A DNA stretch of 64,000 nucleotides from Octopus sinensis (lineage: Eukaryota): assembly GCF_006345805.1 (NCBI RefSeq), contig NC_043006.1, positions 83,638,001 to 83,702,000 of the forward strand, in the 5' to 3' direction. A program made the position numbers and the translations under genes. Numbering within the stretch: the first letter of the stretch is position 1; every line of letters begins with the position of its first letter. This document shows, piece by piece, positions 37,588 through 51,461 of this stretch. Under the pieces are notes generated by a model. The model had not been told where the DNA came from and searched no databases. It was given only the letters and a program-made list of their open reading frames with translations.

Positions 37588-37644
37588 CTAAAAAAATAAG
37601 CCACAAGTAAATGTTAGTATATTATTTTGATTTTTCTCTATTTT

Positions 37645-37970
37645 TATTATAGGCACAAGGCCTGATATTTGGGGGAGGGACTTAAGTCAATTACATCGAC
37701 CCCAGGATGGTACTTATTTTATCGTTCCGAAAGGATGAAAGGCGAGTCAACCACGGTGGAGTTTGAACTCAAAACGTAATGACGAGCGAAATACCTATTT
37801 CTTTACTACCCACAAGGGGCTAAACACAGAGAGGGCAAACAAGGACAGTCAAACGAATTAAGTCGATTATATCGACCCCAGTGCGTAACTGGTACTTATT
37901 TCATCGATCCCGAAAGGATAACAGGCAAAGTCGACCACGGCGAAATTTGAACTCAGAACGTAGCGATGGA
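37645..37970 (-). mobile_element. SINE S2 with duplicated body
   Basis: Reverse complement of the 13513-13930 arrangement. Confidence 0.75.
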
Positions 37971-38245
37971 ATATGAACTGAAAATATAAAGAGTCTCTGC
38001 TAGCCTCATCTCTGCTTCTTCCTTCTTTGTTATCTATTGAATTAAAGACATACCAGCGAAAACCACGAGTTTCCCATTGTTATTATATCCATTTTATTCT
38101 CCTATATAACATAAATAACCGAACCACCGGCTACCGTACAGCTTTACTAAAGACTGTACCTACTCAACGTGCTAACGTTTCTGCCAGAGTGACTCTGGAT
38201 TTAATTATCCCTTAGATGTATTAAACCCCCTAACTAATACTGCAC

Positions 38246-38281
<36 letters not shown>

Positions 38282-38345
38282 ATATAGGAAATATGCAGTG
38301 ACCAGACATCTCCCACTGACAGGTTTCCAACAGAATGAAACCACG

Positions 38346-38377
<32 letters not shown>

Positions 38378-38759
38378 CATTAATAATTCTCTAAATGAGA
38401 TATAGACAGTAACTGCTCCATAACATAAGGGACTAAAGCCATCTGAATATGGCTAGGGACAGGGCAGGGTGGTGGAGGTGTTACTGTTGCATTTAGCCCC
38501 AGGCGAACATCAACGTCGCCAGAATAGGCGCTTGACACCATCACGGTGTCCTTTAAACCTGCAAAGGGAGATAATTCCCCGATGAAGCGGAAACCACACA
38601 CGGACCATGGTTTCAAGGTGTATTGCCTATCATCACGTGTGGTAGGCCCCCGCTTCCTCGACGAAATCTCACTCTGCAGGATATTCATATATAGATTTTC
38701 AAGCCAAATACATTTGCTGATTTCGAAAATCTGTTCGACAGCAACAGATTTTCGAAATA

Positions 38760-38804
38760 TTATATATATAAATATGTGTATGTATATATATATATAAATA
38801 TGTG

Positions 38805-38846
<42 letters not shown>

Positions 38847-38866
38847 ATATATATATAAATATATAG

Positions 38867-38927
<61 letters not shown>

Positions 38928-39051
38928 TTCAACATCAGCCACCTTCCAAATAAAAAACGAGGTAAATATATAAATATGTGTAGTATGATATATAATATAT
39001 AAATATGTGTATGTATGTATGTATATATATATATAAATATGTGTATGTATG

Positions 39052-39099
<48 letters not shown>

Positions 39100-39880
39100 A
39101 TGTATATATATATATAAATATATGTATGTATATATATATATAAATATATGTATGTATGTAATATATTTATAAATATATGTATGTATATATATATATAAAT
39201 ATGTGTATGTATGTATATATATATATAAATATATGTATGTATGTATATATATTTAAAATATATGTAGTATATATATATATAATAAATATGTGTATGTATG
39301 TACTATAATATATAATATGTGTATGTATGTATATATATATAAAAATATGTGTATGTATTATATATATATATAAATATGTGTATGTATGTATATATATATA
39401 TAAATATGTGTATGTATGTATATATATATAAATATGTGTATGTATATATATATATATATAAATATGTGTATGTATGTATATATATATATATATAAATATG
39501 TGTATGTATGTATATATATATATATAAATATGTGTATGTATGTATATATATATATAAATATGTGTATGTATGTATATATATATAAATATGTGTATGTATG
39601 TATATATATATATAAATATGTGTATGTATGTATATATATATATAAATATGTGTATGTATGTATGTATATATATATGTGTGTGTGTATGTATGTATATATA
39701 TATATATATAAATATGTGTATGTATAATATATATAAATATGTGTATGTATATATATATAATATATATATATAATATATATATATTATATATATATATATA
39801 TAATATATATAATATATATATATATAATATATATATATATTATAATATATATATATATATTATTATATATTATATATGGT
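38760..39880. repeat. AT-rich minisatellite (about 24-30-bp unit, tatataaatatgtgtatgtatg) mixed with (AT)n
   Basis: Direct reading. Confidence 0.9.
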
Positions 39881-39929
39881 TCAACATCAGCCACCTTCCA
39901 AATAAAAAACGAGGTAAAGCAAGGTTGTG

Positions 39930-40225
39930 TCCTTGCTCCTGCTGGGAGCATCTCCTTGTAGGGTTAGTCGAACAAATCGACTCCAGTACTTATTTTAAGT
40001 CCGAAACTTATTCCATTGGTCTCTAAGTTGAACCGCTAAGTTACAAACATGGAGACAAACCAACTCAGGTTGCCAAGCAGTGTAAGAACAGGCATAAGCA
40101 CAATCACACACACATATACACACACACACAGTGGGCTTCAACAAGATTCTCTCAGCCGAATTTACTTACAAATTATTGGTCGGCCTGGTGCTATAGTAGA
40201 AGACTCAAGATGCTACGCAGTAGAA
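39930..40225 (-). mobile_element. Diverged SINE S1
   Basis: Similarity to the S1 reverse complement. Confidence 0.6.
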
Positions 40226-40401
40226 CTGAACCCGGAAACATGCCAGTTCTTTCTTCTTTTAATGACATTCAGTATTGAGCCTACGCTTTTCTCTCCATGC
40301 GACAACAATCAATTAAATAATAAAAAATATACTTATGCTCATTTCATGACATACGTTAGCACTTAATTAATAAGAAAAAATTAAAGAAAGAGCTACTTTA
40401 C

Positions 40402-40545
40402 CTGATATAATCCCTAGGGAGAACATCAAGAAAAGGAGATTTGGCGCAACGACTGATGTACCAAGTCCTAGGATTATTTCCAAAGCGCCGACCATTGCTG
40501 TCATCCGCACACCAAACCTGCTTAGAAACATTCCAGTTACAATTC
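40402..40545 (-). CDS. SLC16/MCT-like MFS transporter exon (TM3-TM4)
   Basis: 144-bp phase 1-1 exon, ttgacAG acceptor, GTAAAG donor. GIVTGMFLSRFGVRMTAMVG...SLGIISG matches the MCT RFG.R motif. Confidence 0.85.
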
Positions 40546-40570
40546 CTGTCAATAAAGATTTGGTTAAGAT

Positions 40571-40614
<44 letters not shown>

Positions 40615-40629
40615 CGTGTCTGTGTGTGT

Positions 40630-40850
40630 GTGTGAGTATGACTGGCATGCAGTGACCAGACATTTCCCACTGACAGTTTCCAGCAGAATGAAACCACGTG
40701 ATATCGGAGCTCCGGTGCTCATGACAGACGCCTCCCGTCTGCTACGATCCATGTTTGTGCTTTTGTACATGAAGCCCCTACATGAGAGAATCTCCCAAGG
40801 AGGACAACGCAGTATTCGGTGTTCTAACAAGACATTTATGTAAAGCTGGA
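40630..40850 (-). mobile_element. Probable RTE 3' end with UTR and (CA)n tail; partial second copy at 38294-38350
   Basis: MDRSRREASV resembles the RTE terminal DR..W...V motif. A ~55-bp segment recurs at 38294-38350. Confidence 0.45.
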
Positions 40851-41858
40851 TATAAAACTTACCTGTCTGTGCAAATACTGCTTTGAGAGAGACGGCGAGA
40901 AAGAAAGAGCAGGTGATACGCACACACACATTTATATATAATTACATGTACATATGATTGTCTCTCTCACCCTCCTTTTATCTCTTTCTTTCTTCCTCTC
41001 TATCACTCCTCCCCCCTCTCTCTCTCCCTCCCTCTCTCTCTCTAATCTACCTATTCTTACAATATTTTCTTTCAATCTCTTTCACCGCTCTCAGTGCAGC
41101 CACTGCTTTTAACTCCCAGGGTAACATACAGCGAAAATGCAACTAACATGACATATAACTTATTATATATTAAAATCATTGGTTTGTCATCCAGCAGTCA
41201 CTGGTTTGCAAAATTAGAATAGATGAGTGGAATATTGACTGAGCGCGAGAGAAAAATAATCGGTTGTCAACATCGTGTAGGACAGGAAGTCATTCGAGCA
41301 GACAGTGTAATATAAGAAGGTGAGGAAAAGAGAGAGTTAGAGATAGAAAAAGAGATAGAGAAAGAGAGAGAGGGGGAGGGATAGCGCAGTTTCGTTCTTT
41401 ATTTCAGAGTGCTGACAAACCTTCGACATAGGGATAAAGGATGGCCACTCAGTAAAGATGAGACTGCGAGAGATGATACTCATACACAACCCGCAGCAAC
41501 TCATCGAAGCAGCAATGTGAGAACTACTAAGTAGATGTTCAGCAGCAGGCGCGAAATATTGTGACTGAGAAAGCAGGAAAAATTAGCATAATGGTTAGGA
41601 TGTTCGACTTATAATCATACGACCGTGGATTGAATTCCAGGACTGAGTAGCGTGGTGTGTCCTAGAGCAAGTTCCTCCATTTCATGTTGCACTTGTCAAT
41701 TCAGCTATTATGTGTAGCAGCTGGGTATTGATTCAGCCCTCCCTCCTGTCGCATCTTGGGTGTCCACTAAATCAAAGGTGACGGGACCAAAAAGCTTTCT
41801 GTCTGCTAGCGACTACATAGGCACCTAGAACAACCAGAGAAAGTATGGTACATATCAG

Positions 41859-41958
41859 NNNNNNNNNNNNNNNNNNNNNNNNNNNNNNNNNNNNNNNNNN
41901 NNNNNNNNNNNNNNNNNNNNNNNNNNNNNNNNNNNNNNNNNNNNNNNNNNNNNNNNNN
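41859..41958. other. Assembly gap (100 N)
   Basis: Run of n. Confidence 1.
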
Positions 41959-41999
41959 ACTGTTGGATAGGGTTGTAGTTTCCACTTTTGTTGTTGTTG

Positions 42000-42960
42000 T
42001 TTGTGTCTGAAAAGACTGGACCAGCATTACTGCAGCATGGTGTGTTTCTATTTTTATTGTTATTCAGGTTTGTGTGTTGGCTTGGGGCCCCGTTTCTGTT
42101 GTGGCGTCGGGTCCCTGGAAGATGAGTGAAGGGACAGTCACTCAGTAGACATGTTCTCTCACGTTGGGAATACCGGCAGATTTTGGGACTCCGAGTTGTG
42201 TGTGTTTTGAATTTCGATTTACTATTTGGTGGTGTTGATGTTATTGTGGGATGCGTGCTTGGCCTTGGCCGGTAGTGCGTCTAGTGCCGGGTAGATGCGT
42301 GAAGATGCAGTCACTATTGTGCAGAGTCTCTGGCGCAGTGAATAGCGGCATATTTGGGGATTTCTTGTTTGTGCCGTGGGGGGCGCATTCTGCTTCCTAT
42401 GTTTCTTAAGTTTTTGTTACTGCAGTAGTATTGAGGTGGTGATGTGGGGGAAGAGGGCAGTGGTTTCTTATTTGGTTTCTGTCGGTATTTTTGGTGATAG
42501 AAGACGATGGTGGCAGCGGTGGTGATGATGATGATAATTGTGGTGGTTGCTGTGAGAGCGGTGAAAAGATACTGGTATTTAGTGAATCGTCTAGTAAGCT
42601 AGAGTTGAGGAGTGGCTGTTGTTGTTTGTTGCTGTGGCTGTTGTTTGTTGGTGTGTGCCTGACCGATGTCAGGGTCAGCCATTGTGCTGGGAACCAGGAG
42701 TGGCTCATTTGTTGTTGTTGTTGTTGTGGCTGCTGATTTTCTAGCTGTTGTTGTTCTTGAACTGTGAAAATGTAGAAGCTTTTCATAATGGCCTCTTATC
42801 AGTTCGAAAGATACTTCGATATGTTTCAACTTGCTACGAATCTGTTTGACGGATCGTGTGTTGACCACTTGTGATATTTTTTCGGCAATCTCATTCAAAC
42901 ACAAGACATTTAGATTTCTGTTTGGGAAAGAGAGAGCCATGTGTTTATTAAAACATCAAT
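42000..42960 (-). mobile_element. LINE ORF1-like remnant with two CCCH-type zinc-finger repeats (CR1/L2-like)
   Basis: PKICRYSQRERTCLLSDCPFTHLPGTRR plus a frameshifted copy PQICRYSLRQRLCT/SDCIFTHLPGTRR; Q/T-rich linker. Confidence 0.5.
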
Positions 42961-43229
42961 TTCGTTATCAGACCAATTTCGTCTGTTGCAGGCCTGCAAG
43001 TTAGTCATGTTTGTTTTTCTTTTGTTTGTTTTCCTTTTGATTTTTGAAAATATATATATTCTTTCTTGGGAGTTAAAGAAGTGTATATATATATATAAAT
43101 GTTCTCTCTTAAGGGTGTGAGTTTTTGATTATTGGTTGTTTGAGGATATAAAAGAAAAACAGTTGTATATAACAATTTGTAGTTAACTGAAAACGTACTT
43201 ACGGGTTTGTAGGCAAACACGTGTTACAA

Positions 43230-43251
43230 ATATATATATATTTAAGGTCAG

Positions 43252-43287
<36 letters not shown>

Positions 43288-43294
43288 ATTTATA

Positions 43295-43345
<51 letters not shown>

Positions 43346-43390
43346 ATTTAATATATATATATATATATATATTTATTATATATATATATA

Positions 43391-43435
<45 letters not shown>

Positions 43436-43569
43436 ATATATTATATATATATAATTATATATATATATTTATTATATATAATATATTATAATATATATAT
43501 ATATTATATATATATATATATTTATTATATATATTTATATATATATATTATTTATATATATATATATAT

Positions 43570-43603
<34 letters not shown>

Positions 43604-43638
43604 ATATATTTATATATATATATATATATTTATATATA

Positions 43639-43711
<73 letters not shown>

Positions 43712-43728
43712 ATAATATATATATATTT

Positions 43729-43760
<32 letters not shown>

Positions 43761-43782
43761 ATATATATATTATTTATATTAT

Positions 43783-43819
<37 letters not shown>

Positions 43820-43884
43820 TATATATATATATATATTTATTATATATATATTTATATATATATATATATATTAATATATATATA

Positions 43885-43916
<32 letters not shown>

Positions 43917-44037
43917 TAATATATATATATATTTTTATTATATAATTATATATATGTTATATATATATATATTATAATATATATATATAATTATAATATA
44001 TATATATTAATATATATTTATATATATATATATATAT

Positions 44038-44076
<39 letters not shown>

Positions 44077-44091
44077 TATATATATATATTT

Positions 44092-44122
<31 letters not shown>

Positions 44123-44125
44123 ATA

Positions 44126-44164
<39 letters not shown>

Positions 44165-44175
44165 TATATATATAT

Positions 44176-44226
<51 letters not shown>

Positions 44227-44249
44227 ATATATTTATTATATATATTATT

Positions 44250-44285
<36 letters not shown>

Positions 44286-44703
44286 ATATTATATATTTAT
44301 ATATATAATATTTATATTATATATAATATATATATATATTATATATTATGTATATAATATATATATATATATATATATTATATATTTTATATATATATAT
44401 ATATATTATATTATATTATTATATATATTATATATATATATATTTATATATATATATTTATATATATATATTTATATATATTTATATATTTATATAATAT
44501 ATATATATATTTAATATTAGATATTTATATATATTTATATATATATATGTATATATATATATATTTATAATATTTATATATTATATAGATATTTATATAT
44601 ATATATTTATATATATATATATTATATATATTTATATATATATATATTTATATATATTATATATATATTATATATATATTATATATATATATATTTATAT
44701 ATT

Positions 44704-44735
<32 letters not shown>

Positions 44736-44744
44736 TATATATAT

Positions 44745-44776
<32 letters not shown>

Positions 44777-44777
44777 T

Positions 44778-44812
<35 letters not shown>

Positions 44813-44828
44813 ATATATATTATATATT

Positions 44829-44864
<36 letters not shown>

Positions 44865-44873
44865 ATATATTAT

Positions 44874-44924
<51 letters not shown>

Positions 44925-44969
44925 ATTTATATATTTATATATATATATATTATATATATATTTATATAT

Positions 44970-45001
<32 letters not shown>

Positions 45002-45010
45002 TAAAATATA

Positions 45011-45055
<45 letters not shown>

Positions 45056-45369
45056 TTATATATATATATATTTATATATATATATATATATATTTATATA
45101 TTTATATATATATATATTTATATATATATATATATTTATATATTATATATTATATATTTATTATATATTATATATATATTTATATATTTATATATATTAT
45201 ATATATATATATATATTTATATATTTATATATATATATATTTATATATATATATTATATATTCATATATATATATATTTATATATATATATATATTTATA
45301 TATAATATATATTTTATATATATTATATATATTATATATATTTATTATATATATATATTATATATATAT

Positions 45370-45439
<70 letters not shown>
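43230..45439. repeat. About 2.2-kb imperfect (AT)n tract
   Basis: Direct reading. Confidence 0.97.
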
Positions 45440-45441
<2 letters not shown>

Positions 45442-46108
45442 CCGTAAATATTAGAGAGCCAACTTTGAATATGTTAACTCTAGTTAACATATTCAAAGTT
45501 GGCTCTCTAATATTTACGGATAAATATGAATTTGTGTCCCTGGTTTTTTCTGCTAGGTCGCTTGGTGTTAAAATAAGGGTATTATTGAATTAATATCTAT
45601 AATTTTATTCACCCTCATGATTAAATGTATTGATTTGATATGCTGCAGTAAATATTACATGCGTTATTCACTTCCACTTAGCGTTTACTTTCGGCGGGAA
45701 ATTTGTAACTACAACAGAATGTAATTCATCGGACCATATGAGAATCGTCGCTCGTAAGGGTCTGATCAATTATATTGACAAATGTTGCTGACGAATCATA
45801 GACAATTATGTAAGTATAATCTGCATTTTGTTAATGAGGAGACAATTGTACAACATTAATCCATTATTTAGTAGTAATTTAATTTCATAGCGTTGACTGT
45901 GGTGCTATTTCTATGTGGAATTATCGTCGGCGACTTTTACCGGTCGGACCTATTTCTAGCACTAGAGTTAACGTATTCAAAGTTGGCTCTCTAATATTTA
46001 CGGATAAATATGAATTTGTGTCCCCGGTTTTTTGTGCTAGGTCGCTTGGTGTAAAAATAAGGGTATTATTGAACTAATATCTATAATTTTATTCACCCTC
46101 ATTATTAA

Positions 46109-46110
<2 letters not shown>
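45440..46110. repeat. About 150-bp direct repeat (45482-45630 / 45966-46110) with a perfect 40-bp terminal palindrome
   Basis: Arms 45440-45479 and 45482-45521 with a 2-nt spacer; repeat period 484 bp. Confidence 0.9.
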
Positions 46111-46143
<33 letters not shown>

Positions 46144-46161
46144 ATATTATTTATATATATA

Positions 46162-46207
<46 letters not shown>

Positions 46208-46314
46208 TATATATATATAATATATATATATTATTTATATATATATATATATATATATTTATAATATATATTTATATTATATATATATATATTATATATA
46301 TATATATATATTAT

Positions 46315-46348
<34 letters not shown>

Positions 46349-46505
46349 TATATATATATTATTATAATTTATATATATATATTTTATATATATATATTTA
46401 TTTATATATATATATATTATTATATATATATTTTTTATTATATATATATTTATATAATATATATATATATATTTATATATATATATATTTATATATATAT
46501 ATATT

Positions 46506-46561
<56 letters not shown>

Positions 46562-46590
46562 ATATATTTTTTATATATATGATATATATT

Positions 46591-46644
<54 letters not shown>

Positions 46645-46756
46645 ATATATTTTATATATATATATATATTTTATATATATATATATATTATATTATATTA
46701 TATATATGTATATATATTATATATATATACATATATATATATATTATTATATATAT

Positions 46757-46800
<44 letters not shown>
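46110..46800. repeat. Imperfect (AT)n tract
   Basis: Direct reading. Confidence 0.95.
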
Positions 46801-49800
46801 TAGAACAATAGAACAGAAAGGAACAATAACCAAAACAAAGAAAAACTACAACAATTATGGAAAGAGGATACCGAACGAGAGAAGGAAAGATCCAGATTTA
46901 TGTGGACCAAACAACATGAGTGGTTTTTAAACTACGAAAAGAACTATGGTGAAGAATCAATTATGAAGACAAAAAAACTACCAAAACAAATGAATAGATA
47001 CAACAAACCAACACCACAAACATATTGGACTCCCAGACATCAAAATAAGCCCTACCAAACACAAACCAAAATCCCGCTCCTTACACTGCCGAACCCCCCA
47101 ATAAACAGATACACAAAATATGAAAGAAACCATCAACCCAAAACCCCACAAAAACAACACACAAACAGCAAGACGAGCACAATACATACAACCAACAACC
47201 TATAACACTTGGAGAGAACAAATAGAATATGAACAACAACACCAACACAAACACTGGACACCCTAAAGGGACACACACATGGAACAATATACAAATGGAT
47301 AGAAATCAACACATAACCTACAACAAACATCAAGGAAATCGAAACCACAACAAACACCAACCCCATGCAACCCCACAAATTTCCAAGATGGATAAAAAAC
47401 AACTCCCACTATCAATACAATACAAACACAATACATGAACCATCCACCTACCCACAAAGAAACCTGAACCCCAGTAATAAATATTGGCTCAACCAACACA
47501 GAAGATGGGAAGAAAACAACTACCAAAGACAAAACAACACATACAGACCACACAGACCACCCCAACTACAAGAAAACCTAAGGACTGAAAATGGAATTTG
47601 GAGACGTAACAACACAACCCATTTTTTAGGGAGAGGATACTTCAACCATACTCCAGACCCAATACACCAAAAATTCCGGATGAACTCCCAAAACACATAG
47701 ACCCCAAAATAATAAACTTATCTAAAAGAGAACTTGACGAATATGAAATGAACCTACTACTAAAAGGCCTCAAATTTACACCCACTCCAAACCTCATAGA
47801 ACTAAAAACTGACATAGACAACTTCAGCCGCTACCTCCGCCTTATGGAATTCTTTGAAAATAAAGAAACAGAAGATAACTCAATCATAAGAAAAAAATCC
47901 CACTTCACCCCTTACAAGGGAAGTGACAAACACCTTGACACATACATAGAAACAATATCCAAATTCCCTCTTCACACACACAAATGCAAACAGAATCTCC
48001 GCAGAGAAGAAAAGCAAGCCCTACAAAAACTGAAAAATGACAAATCAATCGTTATAAAAGAAGCTGACAAAGGTGGAGCAATAGTAATTATGGACACAGA
48101 TTACTACAAAGAAAAGATACTAGAGTTACTGAACAACCAGACATATTACAAAGAGGAACCAACACCACCGGAGAAAACAACAATAAGAAAAATTAGAACT
48201 TTAGTCAATGAATATCAGGACTCCTTTACAGATAAGGAGGAAGATTATCTATGCAGCTCACAAACCAAAGAAAGCAACTTTTATGGATTACCTAAAATTC
48301 ATAAAAGCTCGGAAATACAGAGAGCCATAAAGGAACAGAGGAACCACTACATAAGAGTACAAAGACCTGCAGACCTCACGATGAGACCAATAGTGGCAGG
48401 ACCCCAGGCACCAACACAACAACTAAGCCACTTCATAGATATACTCCTCAAACCTCTATGCCCACAGATTCCAAGCTACATAAGGGATGACATAGACTTC
48501 CTCACACACATTCCAAATACAGTCCCGAAAAACACCATACTTGCAAGCTTTGATGTCACAAATCTATACACAAACATACCACACACCCTAGGTCTAGAAG
48601 CTATAAAACAATCAATAGAAAAATACAGAGAACTTATAGACGAACGCTTCAAGACAAACTTTATCACCCAAGCCACCCAACTAATACTAGAAGAAAACAC
48701 ATTCTCATTCAACAACAAGACATACCGACAGATAAAAGGCACGGCTATGGGTACAAAATTCGCACCTTCATATGCCAACCTGGTGATGGGCTTCCTGGAG
48801 AAAAAACTATATGACGAAATAGGGAAAGTCTTCGAACACGACTTCAGAGAAGACATCAAGAAAAAATGGAAACGCTACCTCGATGACTGTTTCATCTTTT
48901 GAAACAGATCAGAAGAGGACCTACAAACATTTCACAACATCCTCAATACGCTGCACCCATCTATCAATTTCACAATAGATACCAGCCACAACGAACTTCC
49001 CTTCCTAGACATCAACATCAAAATACACAACTCCATCGTCACAACAGACATCCACTACAAAAAAACTGACACACATCAATACTTAAATTTCCACTCCTGC
49101 CACCCATCCCACACAAAAAGAAACATCCCATATAGTATGGCACGACGAATATGTAGCATAGTAACTGATTCACAAATACGATTAATAAGACTAGATGAAC
49201 TCAAAAGCTTCCTCCTAGAGCAAAAATACCCCTTAAACTAATAGAAAATGGAATCACAAGAGCATTAAAACTAGACATAACACAACTCAGGACACCCAAA
49301 ACAAAAAACAAAGAAAACACTATCCCTTTTAACACACACACAACCCTGGAGTTACCAACATCTTCCAAACCATACATTCAAACCTACCAATAGCCTTACA
49401 GAGCCCCAAAATGAAAAACATATTAAACAATATAGCATAAAAAACAGTAGACGACAGGACAAAAACCTAAAAAAACACCTAACAAGAGCGAAATTCTCTT
49501 CAGAAACTAAAACGGAATTCTTTGCAAAAGAGTGCGGAGATGGTAGATGTGGGACCTGCAGCAACCCCACCTACAAATACATAGAGAGCAACAGAGAGAT
49601 AAGATTTAAAAATGGTGTCATATTCAAAGTAAATGCAGATATGAACTGCAAGACGCAGAACGTCATATACTGCATAACCTGCCCCACGTGCAAGGAGAAT
49701 TACGTAGGTGAAACTGGTAATTCTTTGTGCCAGCGAGCCAGGATCCACCGACAACATATTCGGCAGGAAGAACTACGCAAAATTCCGCTAAGCACACATC

Positions 49801-49928
49801 TAGCTACATGTGGAGAAGGAAAATTTAAGATATTTCCCTTCTACAAGTGTCCGAAGAACGACACCCCCTTCAGGAGGAATATGGAAAAACATTTCATAGC
49901 TAAGTTCTCCCCCAAATTAAATGGCTGA
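46800..49928 (+). mobile_element. Near-complete Penelope-like retroelement (Neptune-type), with stops and frameshifts
   Basis: LLLKGLKFTPTP, IVIKEADKGGAIV, FYGLPKIHK, ASFDVTNLYTNIP, GTAMGTKFAPSYANL, RYLDDCF (RT); CGDGRCGTC linker; VIYCITCPTCKENYVGET GIY-YIG. The 5' end abuts (AT)n. Confidence 0.95.
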
Positions 49929-50169
49929 AACTTTACTCAACATACATTGAAGGACAAATCTGTGTGTGTGTAGATGTGTGTATTGCCTGTTATATACATC
50001 ATATTATATTATTATCTTTATAATTCACTTCCATCTTCACCTTTTAATTGTCACTTTAATTTTAACTTTCCTATGATATACAATTTTCAAGATGGTATAA
50101 TTTGGTTGTTCATTTTGAACCGATAAAAAGGTTTTTTCAAATATTTTATGTATAAGTCTGTATAGACTA

Positions 50170-51320
50170 AGTTATATTAATGTAGGTTCATGCCATCCCC
50201 CTATAGTATTCAAAAATTTAGTTAAAAATATTAGTAAGAGGATTTCTAGCCTCTCATCTGATGAGGACATCTTCAATAGCGTTGCCCCAGTTTATAATAA
50301 GGCTTTAAAAGATAGTGGTTTTAGCGATAAAATATAATATACACCTATCACTAGCCCAACAGTAAAGAAAAGGAATAATAGAAATAGGAAGGTCATCTGG
50401 TTTACGCCCCCTTACTCACCCGAGGTGGCCTTCAATATAGGTAAATATTTCCTAGCACTGATAGATAGACATTTTCCAGTTAACCATACTTATAGGAAAC
50501 TCTTCAATAGACACAATTTAAAATTAGTTTTAGTTCAACTACCAATTTTAAAAACATAATCAAACATAACATACAAAAAACACAAGAAGAAAACAGCTGT
50601 TCATGCAGGAATAAAGAATTGTGCCCGCTAAATGGAGCTTGCATGTCCAAGACCATCATATATGAAGCTACCGTAAACTCTATAACCACTAAAGACACCG
50701 TTTCAACGAAGAAATACGTGGGCCTTACAGAGGGTAATTTCAAGGCCAGGTTCAATAACCACACTTTGAGCTTAGGCACTGGAACAAAAGAAAAGCGACA
50801 CAATTGTCTAATCATATTTGGTCTTTAAGAGATAAAGGTGTCGATTATAACATACAATGGAAGATTTTGGCCAGATGTAAGCCCTATACTAACGGCAGCG
50901 GAAGGTGCGGTCTATGCGACATGGAGAGATGGCTTATCTGGAAAAGCAGCTTAGACCCTTCTACATGTCTAAATACAAGGACAGAGCTTTTCGGATCATG
51001 CCCACATGTGACTAAGTTTCTGTTACGTTTTTGGTCCCCTAAAGAAAACAGATAGAACATGCTTTCTATGTTATGTCCCAAGAAGAATTAATATATTTTT
51101 ATATATTTTTTATATATTTTTTATGTATTTTTATATAATTTTTATGACGAAAAATGCGAGCGTTGTATAAGTACGCAGGCAAGCAGAGTTATAACAGAGT
51201 AATTTCCCTTTATTTAACGGTATTTTTTCATAACGTTTTCAAATAGCCAGATAACCGAAGAGATGGTGTTGTGGATTTCCACTTCGGCATCTGAAACTCA
51301 GAGTTTTATCTTGACTACCG
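50170..51320 (+). mobile_element. Second PLE type, 3' part (RT thumb, C-x-C-x5-C-x5-C linker, GIY-YIG) with a hammerhead in the 3' flank
   Basis: YINVGSCHPP, VIWFTPPYS, CSCRNKELCPLNGAC, IIYEATV..KKYVGLT, LSNHIW, CGLC..E, LNTRTEL..SCPH. Confidence 0.88.
51250..51310 (+). ncRNA. Type I hammerhead motif (family B), U4->C
   Basis: GAUAA-CCGAAGA-GAUG...CAUC-U-GAAA-CUC-A-GAG-UU^UUAUC, about 195 nt after the PLE stop codon on the same strand. Confidence 0.72.
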
Positions 51321-51329
51321 AGTAATGTA

Positions 51330-51340
51330 ACATATTGTAT

Positions 51341-51378
<38 letters not shown>

Positions 51379-51415
51379 ATATTATTATATATATATTATA
51401 TATATATATATATAT

Positions 51416-51461
<46 letters not shown>

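Noticed and set aside
38380-38688. 102-aa minus-strand ORF as an MCT exon
   Set aside because: No transmembrane or MFS similarity; the flanking exons already join in phase without it.
38716-38762. 16-bp hairpin preceded by CUGA and followed by GAAA
   Set aside because: Core reads CUGAUUUC and no stem I forms; kept only as a simple inverted repeat.
40630-40850. WFHSAGNCQWEMSG as the TM2 exon of the transporter
   Set aside because: In-frame stop just upstream, no good donor, partially duplicated at 38294-38350 and ends in a (CA)n tail; more likely a retroelement 3' end.
48900-48902. In-frame TGA in the PLE RT as possible selenocysteine (reported for some Naiad PLEs)
   Set aside because: It falls at the expected Trp after YLDDCFIF (TGG->TGA), the element has other stops and frameshifts, and its endonuclease is C-terminal, unlike Naiads.
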